Assembly: GCF_963921235.1 (NCBI RefSeq)
Contig: NC_086097.1
Span: 111,168,001-111,232,000, forward strand
Direction: 5' to 3'
From: Mobula hypostoma
Lineage: Eukaryota
DNA length: 64,000 nt
The notes beneath the pieces are model-generated. The model did no database searches, was not told the DNA's origin, and worked only from the letters and a program-made list of their open reading frames with translations. Both the position numbers and the translations under genes were made by a program. Below, piece after piece: positions 24,131-36,648 of the stretch (position 1 is the stretch's first letter; each line of letters starts with the position of its first letter).

Positions 24131-24522
24131 TGTGGAGGATTTTGGCCAACTAGGGTTGGGTAAATACCTTTGTGAGACTATAGAATTGTCTGTCTGTATT
24201 GCTTAAGGCCTGGATCAGTAGAGAATCTTACAGCTACCTTCTGCCCCACTGCTGTAGATACAAGACTACCTGATGTTGACCACCAGCTGGACATCACGAG
24301 GCCACGTGACTTGTGTTTTCCCTCCAGCTGGCTCAAGACAACACCAAATATGGAAATGTTGAACATACCAAACCCGTTAGAATCAACCATAAAGGGGGTG
24401 CGTGTACTGATTGTAAGTGGAGTCGTTGATTCCCAGAGGGGCCGATCTCAGTTTCACGTAAATTAAGAGTCTTCTAATGAATACCTGGGTCTGAGGTCTG
24501 TGAAAGAGGAAATCCGCTAACA
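24131..24522 (+). mobile_element. ERV 5' LTR
   Basis: tgtggaggattt...aaatccgctaaca termini, homologous to the reverse complement of 30600-30975, and followed by a PBS. Confidence 0.85.
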
Positions 24523-24525
24523 ATT

Positions 24526-24543
24526 TGGCGACGATAATGGGAT
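24526..24543 (+). promoter_or_regulatory. Primer-binding site, tRNA-Ser(GCU)-like
   Basis: TGGCGACGATAATGGGAT, 3 nt after the LTR end; 16/18 match to TGGCGACGAGGATGGGAT, the complement of the vertebrate tRNA-Ser(GCU) 3' end as recalled. Confidence 0.75.
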
Positions 24544-24879
24544 CACTATATACGGGATCCAACTGAGCCCCGACCGGGTAATTGGCCCCTCGGAAAGGAA
24601 TCTCACACTTACCCGTGAGGCTTCCCTGAAAAAGGGAATCAAGTCTCATGAGTAGGTGTGGTGCCTAACCGGATTCCTTTATTCGTTTCACTTTACATTA
24701 CTTCCGTGATGTCACTATTGCATTAACTCTTTCTAAAAGTTTATTTATGTAATCTTGTAAATTGTCTGGCAGCCTTTTTGTTTTTGTTTTTCATTTGTTT
24801 TGTCTGTGCTCCACCTGGAGCTGTATTTCCTTTGTATTGTTTTGTCTATCTTCAATATATTTTGTCTTTGTAAAACTGA

Positions 24880-25016
24880 CGACACTGGTGCGAAACTGTA
24901 TGGGTCCTAATGCCCTTCCCTCGGACAACATGGGTGTCGTGGAGAGGGGAGACTTGCAGCATGGGCAACTGCTGGTCTTCCATACAACCTTGTCCAGGTC
25001 TCGCAAGACTAACGGA
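24880..25016 (+). mobile_element. Short SINE-like insertion in ERV leader
   Basis: 11-bp TSD tgtaaaactga (24869-24879, 25017-25027). The 3' end gagactaacRgatg is shared with the fragment at ~1940-2012. Confidence 0.7.
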
Positions 25017-25258
25017 TGTAAAACTGAAAACTGTAAATAAAGTATTAGGAAGAGGGAATCAAGAGCGGGTCCAGGGTGAGGCGTGAGAAAGGTGGTCCCT
25101 GACCGGCCGGTGACTAGTTCCTGAGCTCTGGTCAGAACGAGAAGGAAGCTGCGAGAGGGAGATCAGACCTAATAGAGATATATTTTTGTGAAAATTAACG
25201 TGACCCAGGTATTCGTATATGGTAATCAGCTGATTACGAAGCGCCGTTAGTATAGGAA

Positions 25259-28200
25259 ATGGAACATAGAATTCTACTAATACTAATAAATAAAACAGAA
25301 GTATGTGTTAAAATAAACCGGGCCTCTAAGTCTCTGGTCACGCCAACCCCAGCGGAAAAGAACAAGCGACGCTCGGTTTATCCGACTACGAAAGCCCCAA
25401 TCAATAAGGACACGGAGAGGAAAATTGCAAAGTACAAGAGACAAAGCAATTTGTTGGGCGACCCGCTTCCCCGCCCCGTTCGCCCGCCGATAAGGTTTGG
25501 TTGGAAACGGGACAGCAGGTACTCCATTACATTTTCCATTGATTTATATGGAGGTTATTGAAGTTCCAGAGGGATGGCAACAAGGGACCCCTGAACGAGC
25601 TCAGCCTGTGGCTGCACCGGCCGCTCCGTGGACCGGAACCCGCCCGATTCTTCCAGAGTTTACCGGCCGGGACGGACTCTCCGTTCGCGGAGAGTCGAGT
25701 TTCCACCAGACACCCGACAGCACCACAAGAGGAGGGAATTCTCAATTCCCCCGGGTAATGGTGGTCGATGTCCCTATTTTAAAACCCTGGACCCCGGCTG
25801 AGGTACGCAATGTGATCAGCGACGTGTGTGATCCTGATCCACTAAGAAAACCTGTAGCGCTTCCTCAGACCTGTCAAATATTGAACCCGCTGCCTGGCGA
25901 TTCACGGGCGCTCCTCCGTATACGGAACTTCATCGGCAGTGGTGGAGGCAACTTCCCGCTCACCAATGCTACTCCTGAGGAAGACTGGCGACCGGGATTC
26001 AGCGAGGATGCCCTACAGGCTATGGAAACGTGGGTGCGCGAAATTAGAATCCAAACCTTGTCACCGCCCGACAACATGGGAACTGCGGAGAAGTTAACCG
26101 GTGCATGTAAAAAAGAGAAGGGCCGCCACTGACTTCGTAGCTCGATTTAAAGACATCTGGGAATCAAACGCGGGAGTATCCCTGAACCAGCAAAATGCCC
26201 CGTTGGCTGTACAACCCTTCCTTCACTGTCTCCGACCGGAGGTCGCCCATTGCCTTTAAATTGGTCCAGTCTGAACAGGCAGACCCAGCAATGGAATGTG
26301 GAAACCCAGATTCTGACCAACACGGAGCGAAACCAGTTGCTTAAGGTCACGAGAAAAAGGAGACACTTTTTCCATAAGGGGAGTGGAAGGCGGGAGTTCG
26401 GCTAATGGTTTGCGACCAGAGACGGGACGTTGTGTAGGAAATTTGGGCGAAAGGGGGATTGGGCCAGAGAGTGCCGAGGCAAAGTGGAGGGACTGGATAG
26501 GAGAGGGCAGGGAGAAAAGATGTCCCGCAAAAATCCCCGGAACTGACACCTTTCACTCTGCGTGACCCCTTCGGGCCCCAACAGGGAGGCCACCAGGGAA
26601 AGGCGATACAAGAGGCTATGATCAGTCTCTGTGAGAGCCCTCAGGGGGATCTATTCCTGGAAACGGAAATAGCTAAGAAACGAGTACGGCCTAATTGATT
26701 CCGGCGCCACTATATCGTCCATAAGCCCCTCTGTAGACTGTAACAACCGTGGGGATAGCCGGAGTCCCCGTGACGAATCCACAATCTCAGCTCACAGAAA
26801 TTAGAGTAGAAGGTAGAGAGGCGAGGAAGCGTTTGTTATAGCCAGTAACTCACCCGTAATCCATTGCACTCCCGAGGGATTGTATCTGGAGCTGCCCAAT
26901 GAAAAGGTGCCCGAACTTCGTTATAAGATGCTCCAAAAACAACGGGACCCACAGAAACGCAGGCGGCTTTATATGTCTGGGATATAGAAGGGCTTCCCTG
27001 GGGAAACTGGCCGTGGCAATGAATAATGACAAACGTGAGGGTTCGGGGATTCTTGAGAGAATTCGTAAATTCCTGCAAGCTGGCAACTGCATTGCGCTGT
27101 CCCGCCGCCTTCCGAGACCCTGATCCCGGTGGTGATTATCGTAAAAAGGCAGGAAAGACTATTGCAGGCATTGGGTCCCTGAATACAGGATCTATGACGC
27201 GACCGTTCGGGAGCCTTTGATACAAACTGGACCGAGGAAATGGAAGCGACCTTCACCACGGCTCGCTGAACGAGCTAGGGAATGATGTTGCGAAGTAAAT
27301 CTAACCTCTCTTTTCAAAAAGCACTAGCCCGAAATCGTTCCCCCGCAATGCCTCTCCCTGGTCCTCCCAAACCCCATGATTGCCGGAAAGTAGTCGAGAT
27401 GATCACCTCGCTCGGGCCCGATCTGTTAGCTACTCCACTAGATAACCCGATCTTTTTAGACAATAGGTGCAGGAGTAGGCCATTCGGCCCTTCGAGCTAG
27501 CACCGCCATTCACTGTGATCATAGCTGATCATCCACAATCAGTACCCCGTTCCTGCCTTATCCCCATATCCCTTTTATTTTCTTTTTATGGACGGCTCCC
27601 CCTGCAAGCCCAATTATCATACGATCCTGGCAGGTTATATAATTGTCACACCCTTCGAGACACTGGAGGCAGCGGCCCATCCCCAGGCACAACCGCTCGG
27701 GCAGCTGTGCTATTCGCGTTAACCCGGGGCTGTGTCTTGGCCGCCGGTAAGACCGCCAATACGTATACTGACTCTCGTTGTACCTTTGGGGTGGTACACG
27801 ATTTCGGGACCCTGTGGAAAAACAGGTGATTTATTACCTCATCTGGGAAGACTGTACAACACGCCAGTTTGATCGCTAACCTGCTGCAGGCGGTGCAGCT
27901 GCCAAATAGTTCAGCGATAATCGAGAGCGACGCACCTACTGGTGCCACGGATCCCATAACACTGGACAATGCGGCAGCAGATACAGCAGCCAAGTAGGCT
28001 GCTGCTGGAGGCGTGCGCCCACAGGTCCCTGTCCAAGCTGTGTGTCAAATTGCAACTCCCCCCGGGGCCCACCCTAGAGGGCCTAGTAGCGGCCTAAAGA
28101 TCTGCCCCACCCTAGGAAAAGCTTGACAAGGCCAAATGTATTCCCGACCCCAAGGATGTGTGGCGCCACCCTGCTGGGCGGCCGGTTTGTCCCGAGAGTC

Positions 28201-28342
28201 GCCAACACGTCCTTGTTCGCAACATGTAGGAAGAGCAGGTGTCATACATCAGGTACTGTATCATCACGGTGGTTTGCACCGGGTCTAACGGCAGTGGCCG
28301 AGCACGCTGTACAAGGTTGTGAAATTTGCCAAACCTATAATA
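25259..28342 (+). pseudogene. ERV gag-pro-pol remnant (class I, epsilon-like): gag, protease, mostly deleted RT, RNase H, integrase zinc finger
   Basis: Gag KPWTPAEVRNVISDVCDP; decayed zinc knuckle CRKFGRKGDWAREC (26433-26474); protease LIDSGATISS (~26691); RNase H AVLFALTRGC..GKTANTYTDSR.FGVVHDFGTLWKNR; integrase CEICQTYN. Many frameshifts. Confidence 0.88.
27459..27580 (-). mobile_element. Tiny CR1 3'-end insertion at the start of ERV RNase H
   Basis: aataggtgcaggagtaggccattcggcccttcgag is the CR1 3' UTR in reverse. tcttttta is duplicated on both sides. Confidence 0.85.
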
Positions 28343-29493
28343 TGATGATTTTGCCAAATCATCTCGGGATTACTGTATGTACCACGTGACAGTATAGGAA
28401 TAGAATGAGGTGGAGGATAAATGCGTGGGCTGCGGGATTGGAGCAGGGGGCAGGGATTCAGATTTCTGGATCATTGGGACCTCTTCTTGGGGCAGGTGTG
28501 ACCTGTACAAAAAGGGCGGATTGCACTTGAATCCCAGGGGGACCAATATCCTGGCGGGGAGGTTTGCAAAGGCTATTGGGGAGAGTTTAAAAGGGGATTG
28601 CTGGTGGGTGGGAACCAAACTGAAGAGACGGAGGAAGAGGTGGTTGGCTCACAAATAGAGAAAGTTTGGAGACGGTGCGAGAGGGAGGATAGGCAGGTGA
28701 TAGAGAAGGGACGCGCTCAGACCGATGGTTAGAGATGTGTCTATTTTAATGCAAGGAGTATTGTGAACAAAGCGGATGAACTTAGAGCATGGATCAGTAC
28801 TTGGAGCTATGATGTTGTGGCCATTACAGAGACCTGGATGGCTCGGGCAGGAATGGTTACTTCAAGTTCCAGGCTTTAGATGTTTCAGAACGGACAGGGA
28901 GGGAGACAAAAGAGGTGGGGGCATGGGACTGTTGATCAGAGATAGTGTCACGGCTGCAGAAAAGGAGGAAGTCATGGGGGGGTTGTCTACGGAATCTCTG
29001 TGGGTGGAAGTTAGAAACAGGAAGGAGTCTATAGCTCTGATAGATGTTTTTTATAGACCACCCAATAGTGACAGGGACATCGAGGAGGAGATAGGGAGAC
29101 AGATTCTGGAAATGTGTAAAAATAACAGGGTTGTTGTGGTGGGTGATTTTAATTTCCCAAATATTGATTGGCATCTCCCTAGAGCAAGGGGTTTAGATGG
29201 GGTGGGAGTTTGTTAGGTGTGTTCAGGAAGGTTTCTTGACACAATATGTAGATAAGCCTACAAGAGGAGAGGCTGTACTTGATCTGGTATTGGGAAATGA
29301 ACCTGGTCAGGTGTCAGATCTCTCAGTGGGAGAGCATTTTGGAGATAGTGATCACAATTCTATCTCCTTTACCATAGCATTGGAGAGGGATAGGAACAGA
29401 CAAGTGAGGAAAGCATTTAATTGGAGTAAGGGGAAATATGAAGCAATCAGGCAGAAACTTGGAAGCATAAATTGGGAACAGATATTCTCAGGG
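28343..29493 (+). mobile_element. CR1-A, 5' part (ORF1 end, endonuclease), inserted in ERV integrase
   Basis: LHLNPRGTNILAG, NARS, YRPPN, GDFN and SDH motifs. Ends at NWEQIFSG, where an LTR element begins. Confidence 0.9.
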
Positions 29494-29886
29494 TGTCACA
29501 ATGGGGGCGCTGGTAGCAGACCCAAATGCAAGACACAGACACTGAAGTACAAGGAGCAGGACTTGACGAGAGCAGGGACGTGACAGGGTATAGACTAGGA
29601 GCAGGGACAAGAACGCAGACTTGGGCTGGGACCCTGAGCCAGAGACTGGACAAGGACCCAGAACCTGGGTCTTGCCTCGGGCTCGGACCCCAGAGCTAGG
29701 CAAGGACATGACATGGATACAGGACAGGATGAGGCTGGGGTCATGAGGCTTGCAGACAGGCTGGGGTCTTGGTGTCTTGAGGCTTGCAGACAGGCTGGGG
29801 TCTTGGGGTCTTGAGGCTTGCAGACAGGCTGGGGACTTGGGGTCTTGAGGCTTGCAGACAGGCTGGGGTGTTGGGATCTTGAGGCT
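29494..29886 (-). mobile_element. Partial LTR of the non-autonomous Gypsy array, with 4 x ~34-bp internal repeat
   Basis: tgtcacaatggggg.. is homologous to 37585 and 39299. Preceded by the TSD half caggg (29489-29493). Confidence 0.85.
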
Positions 29887-30490
29887 TTTGCTCCCGGTGT
29901 GGCTTCCTGTATATCGGAGAGACCCGACGTAGGTTAGGAGACCGCTTCACCAGGCACCTACGCACTGTCCACCAGAAGTGGGATCTCCCAATGGCCACCC
30001 ATTTTAATTCCACTTCCCATTCCCGTTCCGATATGTCAATCCGTGGCCTCCTCTACTGTTGCAATGAGGCCACACTCAGGTTGAAGGAGCAACACCTTAT
30101 ATTCCGTCTGGGTAGCCTCCTACCTGATGTCATAAACATCAATTTCTCGAACTTCCAGTAATGGCTCCCCCCTCTTCACCTTTACCCCTCTCACCTTATC
30201 TGCTTCCCTACCCATCGCCTCCCTCTGGTGCCCCCACCCCCCTTTTCTTCCATGGCCTTCTACCCTCTCCTATCAGACTTCCACTTTCCAGCCCTGTATC
30301 TCTTTCACCAATCAACTTCCCAGCTACTTACTTCATCCCTTCCCCTCCCAGTTTCACCTACCTTGTGTTTCTCTCTACTCCACCCACCAAACTTTTTTTC
30401 TCTCCAGTCCTGCCGAATGGACTCTGCCCAAAACATCGACTGTACTTTTTTCTGCAGATGCTGCACTTTATGTGTGTGTTGCGTATACCT
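29887..30490 (+). mobile_element. PLE 3' fragment (GIY-YIG plus pLTR); inverted duplicate of 40470-41064
   Basis: CSRCGFLYIGET..LGDRF. Shares a private pLTR deletion (gatgctgcactttatgtg) and a few flanking bases with the copy at 40470. Confidence 0.88.
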
Positions 30491-30599
30491 AAGTTCTCTT
30501 GTTTTTAGCATACTCTTCTTGTGAAAAAGACAATGTGCTTTCACCCTGCCTGTGCCTCTCTAAAGTGTAATTGCATATGTCTAGTATATCTCGATCAAG

Positions 30600-30975
30600 T
30601 GTTAGGGGATTTCCTTTACCACACAAGACTCAGACCCAGGTATTTGTTACGTGACACGGAGAACCTTCCCTCCGGAAAGCAAGACTCTGTTTACGAGCAG
30701 TACTCGCACCCCTTTTATGGTTGATTCTAATGGGTGTGGTTTGTTCAATATTTCCATATTTGGTATTGTCCTAAGCAAGCTGGAGGGAAAACACCTAACC
30801 TAAGTCGCGTGGCCTCGTGGAGTCCAGCTGTAGACTACAGGTTGACATCACGTAGTCTTGTATCTACAGCAGTGGGGCAAGGGGCAGCTCCACGATTCTC
30901 TGCTGATCCAGGCCTTAAACAATACAGACACAATTCTTTCGTCTCGCAAAGCTATTTACTCGACCCTAGTTGGCC
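30600..30975 (-). mobile_element. ERV 3' LTR (inverted relative to the 5' LTR), preceded by PPT at 30974-30985
   Basis: Reverse complement aligns with 24131-24522 and ends aaatcccctaaca. PPT aaaaaggagggg. The first ~15 bp of the LTR are lost. Confidence 0.85.
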
Positions 30976-30985
30976 CCTCCTTTTT

Positions 30986-32307
30986 GATTATTCTGATCAA
31001 TCCCCCTCCTCGGGAAAAAGGGATTCAATAGAAGGGAGAAGGGTGGCATGGCCAAACAGGCTTTCTTATCATACTCCGGACCGCTGGTCTGCTCCTTGTC
31101 AGACAGCTCAGGTCTCCTGGTGAACTGGGGAAAGATACCATTCCCAGAGGAGTGCTTTAAGCAAGAGGCCAGGAGGGGTACGACGTATTTTAATAAACTA
31201 ACCACCACAATTACTAAGAGGAAGATTAGGCCACAATGTGCAATTGTTGCCCCCCCCATCAAGTCCGTTAAAGGGCCACCACCCTCATTTCATGTCATGG
31301 AATCCCTCACCTACATCCCGAATTTGGTCTACGCTTTTCCTATGTGGTCAGCTAGATGGGTGATATTCTCAGATTCACTGGGACATAGGTGCAACATTCC
31401 TGTCCTACAATCGTGCAAACTCCTTTTTTGACTAGTATAAAATCTAAGCCCATCCTATTTGCAAACTACAGAATAGAAGTTGACGGGTATTTCGGCTTGC
31501 ACTGGGTACCATGGATTCAATCGGCCTTCCCTTCGAGTTTGAGTGCAGTTCAATTGACAAGGAGTGTCTGGTATGGTCCTTTACACCTGGGAGAGGGCGA
31601 ATCCTTTTTAAGTGTTTTTTTACATATACCATGTCACCTGGCATGAATGGATGAGTGTTTCCCTTTCCCGGTAGAGGTAGTTGCTGCCTTGACTTGTTTC
31701 TAGTTTACTCAAATGGCCTTGCCTAAGGCTTTCACTGCTTCAGTAGTGTTTCCATCTGTCCTCCTCACAATAGGGAGAAGGGGGACTGAATCCGACAGGC
31801 ATGGAGCGTCCCATTAGGACCTTGAACAGGGTGGGGTCACTTTAGTGTTTGGTTGGCCTGTTTTCGTAAGGTGTACAGGATGATAGGCAGTACATCGGAC
31901 AATTTTAACCCAGTTTCTTGATACGTTTTAGCCAGCGTATCTTTTCATACCCCATTCATTCGTTCCACCAAACTCAGGACTGAGGTTGATACGGGAGGTG
32001 GTATTTCCAGCTGAAACCTAGAGCCTGACTCAAATCCTTAATCAACTTCCCGGTAAAGTGAGTTCCCCTGTAACTACTGATTTGGTAAGGGACTCTGAAG
32101 ACGGGAATGATATTCTTCATTAGGGTCCTGATCACAATTCTGGTTCCGTATTTCCTGATCGGAAAGACGTCCACTCACTTAAAACACATATCAGCTATTA
32201 CTAACATATCCCACCCCACCCCCCCACTAGCTGGCATGTGTACAAAGGCAACCTGTAGGTTGGCGAAAGGAGCCTCTGCTGGAGCAGGTGATTTCCCTCT
32301 ATTATAG
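30986..32307 (-). pseudogene. ERV integrase core/C-terminus and short env-like transmembrane remnant
   Basis: APFANLQV.FVHMP, IIPVFRVPYQISSYRGTHFTG, WKYHLPYQPQS..VERMN, PGDMVYVK; then hydrophobic GLIFLLVIVVVSLLKYVVPLL (30966-31262). Confidence 0.85.
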
Positions 32308-33255
32308 AAACATAAAAAACCTACAGCTCCCTATTCCAGGCAACATCCTTTCAAATCTCCTCTGCACCCTTTCTATGGTTTCCATATCCTTCCTGTAATG
32401 AGGCGACCAGAACTGAACACAGTACTCCAAGTGGGGTCTGACCAGGGTCCAATCTGGCTGCAATATTACCTCTCGGCTCCTAAACTCAATTGCACGATTG
32501 ATGAAGGCCAATGCACCGTATGCCTTCTTTACCAGACAGTCAACCTGTGCAGCAGCTTTGAGTGTCCTATGGACTCAGACCCCAAGATCCCTCTGATCCT
32601 CCACACTACCAAGAGTCTTACTATTAATTCTATATTCTGTCATCATATTTGACCTACCAAAATGAACCACCTCACACTTACCTGGGTTGAACTCCACCTG
32701 CCACTTCTCAGCCCAGTTTTGCATTCTATAATTGTCCCGCTGTAACCTCTGACAGCCCTCCACACTATCCAGAACACCTCCAACCTTCGTGTCATCAGAA
32801 AATTTACCAACCCATCCCTCCACTTCCTCATCCAGGTGATTTATAAAAATCACGAAGAGTAGGGGCCCCAGAACAGATCCCTGAGGCACACCACTGGTGA
32901 CCGACCTCCATGCGGAATATGACCCATCGACAACCACTCTTTGCCTTCTGTGGGAAAGCCCAGTTCTGGATCCACAAAGCGATGCCCCCTTGGATCCCAT
33001 GCCTCCTTACTTTCTCAATAAGCCTTGCATCGGGTACCATATCAAATGCCTTGCTGAGATCCATATACACTACATCTACTGCTCTTCCTTCATCACTGTG
33101 CTCAGTCACATCCTCAAAAAATTCAATCAGGCTTGTAAGGCACGACCTGCCTTTCACAAAGCCATGCTGACTATTCCGCATCATATTATGCCTCTCCAAA
33201 TGTTCATAAATCCCGCCTCTCAGGATCTTCTCCATCAACTTACCAACCACTGAAG
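32308..33255 (-). mobile_element. CR1-A, 3' part (RT and tail), inverted
   Basis: [35 protein letters not shown]; the tttatgtttcta tail abuts the TSD ctataata. Confidence 0.9.
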
Positions 33256-36200
33256 TAAGGTCCTGAAGAGAGATTTCCAGGAGTTAGGAAGGAAGCTGAG
33301 AAGCAGGACCTCCAGGGTAGTAATCTCGGGATTGCTACCTGTGCCACGTGCCAGCGAGGGCAAGAGTCGTCGGATCAGGCAGATGAATGCCTGGCTGAGA
33401 GACTGGTGTAGGGGACAGGGCTTCAGATTCTTGGATAATTGGGATCTCTTCTGGGGAAAGTATGACCTGTTCAAAAAGGACAGGTTACACCTGAACCCGA
33501 AGGGGACCAATATCCTGGTGGGAAAGTTTAATAGAGCTGTTAGGGAGGGTTTAAACTAACTTGGCAGGGGGATGGGAACTGGAACGATAGGGCGGAGGAA
33601 GGGGAAAACAGAAATAAATCTAAGATAGTGAGCAGTAAAGATGTCAGGAAAGACAGGCAGGTGATAGGGCAAATGTGTAGCCATTGGGATGAGTTGAAGT
33701 GCAATAAAGTTGCAGTGAAATCAAAGCAAAAAGTATCAAATACTGGTCTTAAGGTCTTGTACTTAAATGCACGCAGCATAAGGAATAAGGTGGATGATCT
33801 TGTTGTACAGCTACAGATTGGCAGGTATGATATTGTGGCCATCACTGAGACCTGGCTAAAGGATGCATGTCTCTGGGAGCTGAACGTCCAAGGATACATG
33901 GTGTATCGGAAGGATAAGAAGGTAGGCAGAGGGGGAGGCGTGGCTTTATTGGTAAGAAATGATATTAAATCATTAGAAAGAGGTGATATAGGATCGGAAG
34001 GTGCAGAATCTTTATGGGTTGAGCTAAGGAATAGCAGGGGTAAAAGGACCCTGATGGCAGTTATTTATAGGCTTCCAAACAGCTGCAGGGATTGTGGACT
34101 ACAAATTACAACTGGAAATAGAAAAGGCTTGTCAGAAGGGCAGTGTTATGATAATTGTGGGGGATTTTAACATGCGAGTAGATTAGAAAAATCAGGTCGG
34201 CACTGGATCTCAAGAGAGAGAATTTGTAGAATGTCTGCGAGATGGCTTTTTAGAACAGCTTGTTGTTGAGCCCACTAGGGGATCGGCTGTACTGGATTGG
34301 GTATTGTGTAATGAACCGGAGGTGATTGGAGAGATTGAGGTGAAGGAACCCTTAGGAGGCAGTGATCATAACATGATTGAGTTCACCGTGAAATTAGAAA
34401 AAGAGAAGCCGAAATCTGATGTGTCGGTGTTTCAGTGGAGTAAAGGAAATTACAGTGGCATGAGAGAGGAACTGGCCAAAGTTGACTGGAAAGAGACATT
34501 GGCAAGAAAGACGGCAGAGCAGCAGTGGCTGGAGTTTATGTGAAAAATGAGGAATGTGCAAGACAGGTATATTCCAAAAAAGAAGAAATTTTCGAGTGGA
34601 AAAAGGATGCAACCGTGGTTGACAAGAGAAGTCAAAGCCAAAGTTAAAGCAAAGGAGAGGGCATACAGGGAAGCAAAAATTAGTGGGAAGACAGAGGATT
34701 GGGAAGTTTTTAAAACCTTACAAAAGGAAACCAAGAAGGTCATTAAGAGAGAAAAGATTAACTATGAAAGAAAACTAGCAAATAATATCAGAGAGGATAC
34801 TAAAAGCTTTTTCAAGTATATAAAGAGTAAAAGACAGGTGAGAGTAGATATAGGACCGATAGAAAATGATACTGGAGAAATTGTAATGGGAGATGAGGAG
34901 ATGGCAGAGGAACTGAACAAGTATTTTGCATCAGTCTTCACTGAGGAAGACAGCAGGATACCGGACACTCAAGGGTGGCAGGGAAGAGAAGTGTGCGCAG
35001 TCACAATTACGACAGAGAAAGTACTCAGGAAGCTGAATAGGCTAAAGGTCGATAAATCTCCTGGACCAGATGGAATGCACCCTCGTGTTCTGAAGGAAGT
35101 AGCTGTGGAGATTGCAGAGGCATTAGCGATGATCTTTCAAAAGCTGATAGATTCTGGCATGGTTCCGGAAGACTGGAAGATTGCAAAAGTCACTCCGCTA
35201 TTTAAGAAGGGAGCAAGGAAGCAAAAAGGAAATTATAGACCTGTTAGCTTGACGTCGGTGGTTGGGAAGTTGTTGGAGTCGATTGTCAAGGATGAGGTTA
35301 CAGAGTACCTGGAGGCATATGACAAGATAGGCAGAACTCAGCATGGATTCCTTAAAGGAAAATCCTGCCTGACAAACCTATTACAATTTTTTGAGGAAAT
35401 TACCAGTAGGCTAGACAAGGGAGATGCAGTGGATGTTGTATATTTGGATTTTCAGAAGGCCTTTGACAAGGTGCCACACATGAGGCTGCTTAACAAGATA
35501 AGAGCCCATGGAATTACAGGAAAGTTACATACGTGGATAGAGCGTTGGCTGATTGGCAGGAAACAGAGAGTGGGAATAAAGGGATCCTATTCTGGTTGGC
35601 TGCCGGTTATCAGTGGTGTTCCACAGGGATCAGTGTTGGGGCCACTTCTTTTTAAATTGTACATCAACGATCTGGATTATGGAATAGATGGCTTTGTGGC
35701 TAAGTTTGCTGACGATACGAAGATAGGTGGATGGAGGGGCCAGTAGTGCTGAGGAAACGGAGAGTCTGCAGAGAGACTTGGATAGATTGGAAGAATGGGC
35801 AGAGAAGTGGCAAATGAAGTACAATGTTGGAAAGTGTATGGTTATGCACTTCGGCAGAAAAAGTAAACGGGCAGACTATTATTTAAATGAAGAATTCAAA
35901 GTTCTGAGATGCAACGGGACTTGGGAGTCCTCGTACAGGATTCCCTTAAAGTTAACCTCCAGGTTGAGTCAGTAGTGAAGAAGGCGAATGCAATGTTGGC
36001 ATTCATTTCTAGAGGAATAGAGTATAGGAGCAGGGATGTGATGTTGAGGCTCTATAAGGCGCTGGTGAGACCTCACTTGGAGTACTGTGGGCAGTTTTGG
36101 TCTCCTTATTTAAGAAAGGATGTGCTGACGTTGGAGAGGGTACAGAGAAGATTCACGAGAATGATTCCGGGAATGAGAGGGTTAACATATGAGGAACGTT

Positions 36201-36648
36201 TGTCCGCTCTTGGACTGTATTCCTTGGAGTTTAGAAGAATGAGGGGAGACCTCATAAAAACATTTCGAATGTTAAAAGACATGGACAAAGTGGATGTGGC
36301 AAAGTTGTTTCCCATGATGGGGGAGTCTAGTACGAGAGGGCATGACTTAGGGATTGAAGGGCGCCCTTTCAGAACAGAAATGGGAAGAAATTTTTTTAGT
36401 CAGAGGGTGGTGAATCTATGGAATTTGTTGCCACGGGCAGCAGTGGAGGCCAAGTCATTGGGTGTATTTAAGGCAGAGACTGATAGGTATCTGAGTAGCC
36501 AGGGCATCAAAGGTTATGGTGAGAAGGCGGGGCAGTGGGACTAAATAGGATAAAATGGATCAGCTCATGATAAAATGGCGGAGCAGACTCGATGGGCCGA
36601 ATGGTCTACTTCTGCTCCTTTGTCTTATGGTCTTATGGTCTTATGGTC
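33256..36648 (+). mobile_element. CR1-B: ORF1 3' half and nearly complete, lightly disabled ORF2, (tcttatgg)n tail
   Basis: ORFs 33332-33559 (esterase), 33628-34170, 34304-34543, 34547-35746 and 35909-36544. Few frameshifts or stops. Inserted in CR1-A at NYRP. Confidence 0.95.

Noticed and set aside
30966..31431. Intact env or accessory gene
   Set aside because: Only a short hydrophobic stretch; no signal peptide, furin site or CX6CC motif could be found in an open frame.
24131..32307. Two independent head-to-head proviruses
   Set aside because: The integrase halves join exactly at a shared 8-bp duplication and the outer flanks rejoin one CR1, so a single rearranged provirus is simpler.
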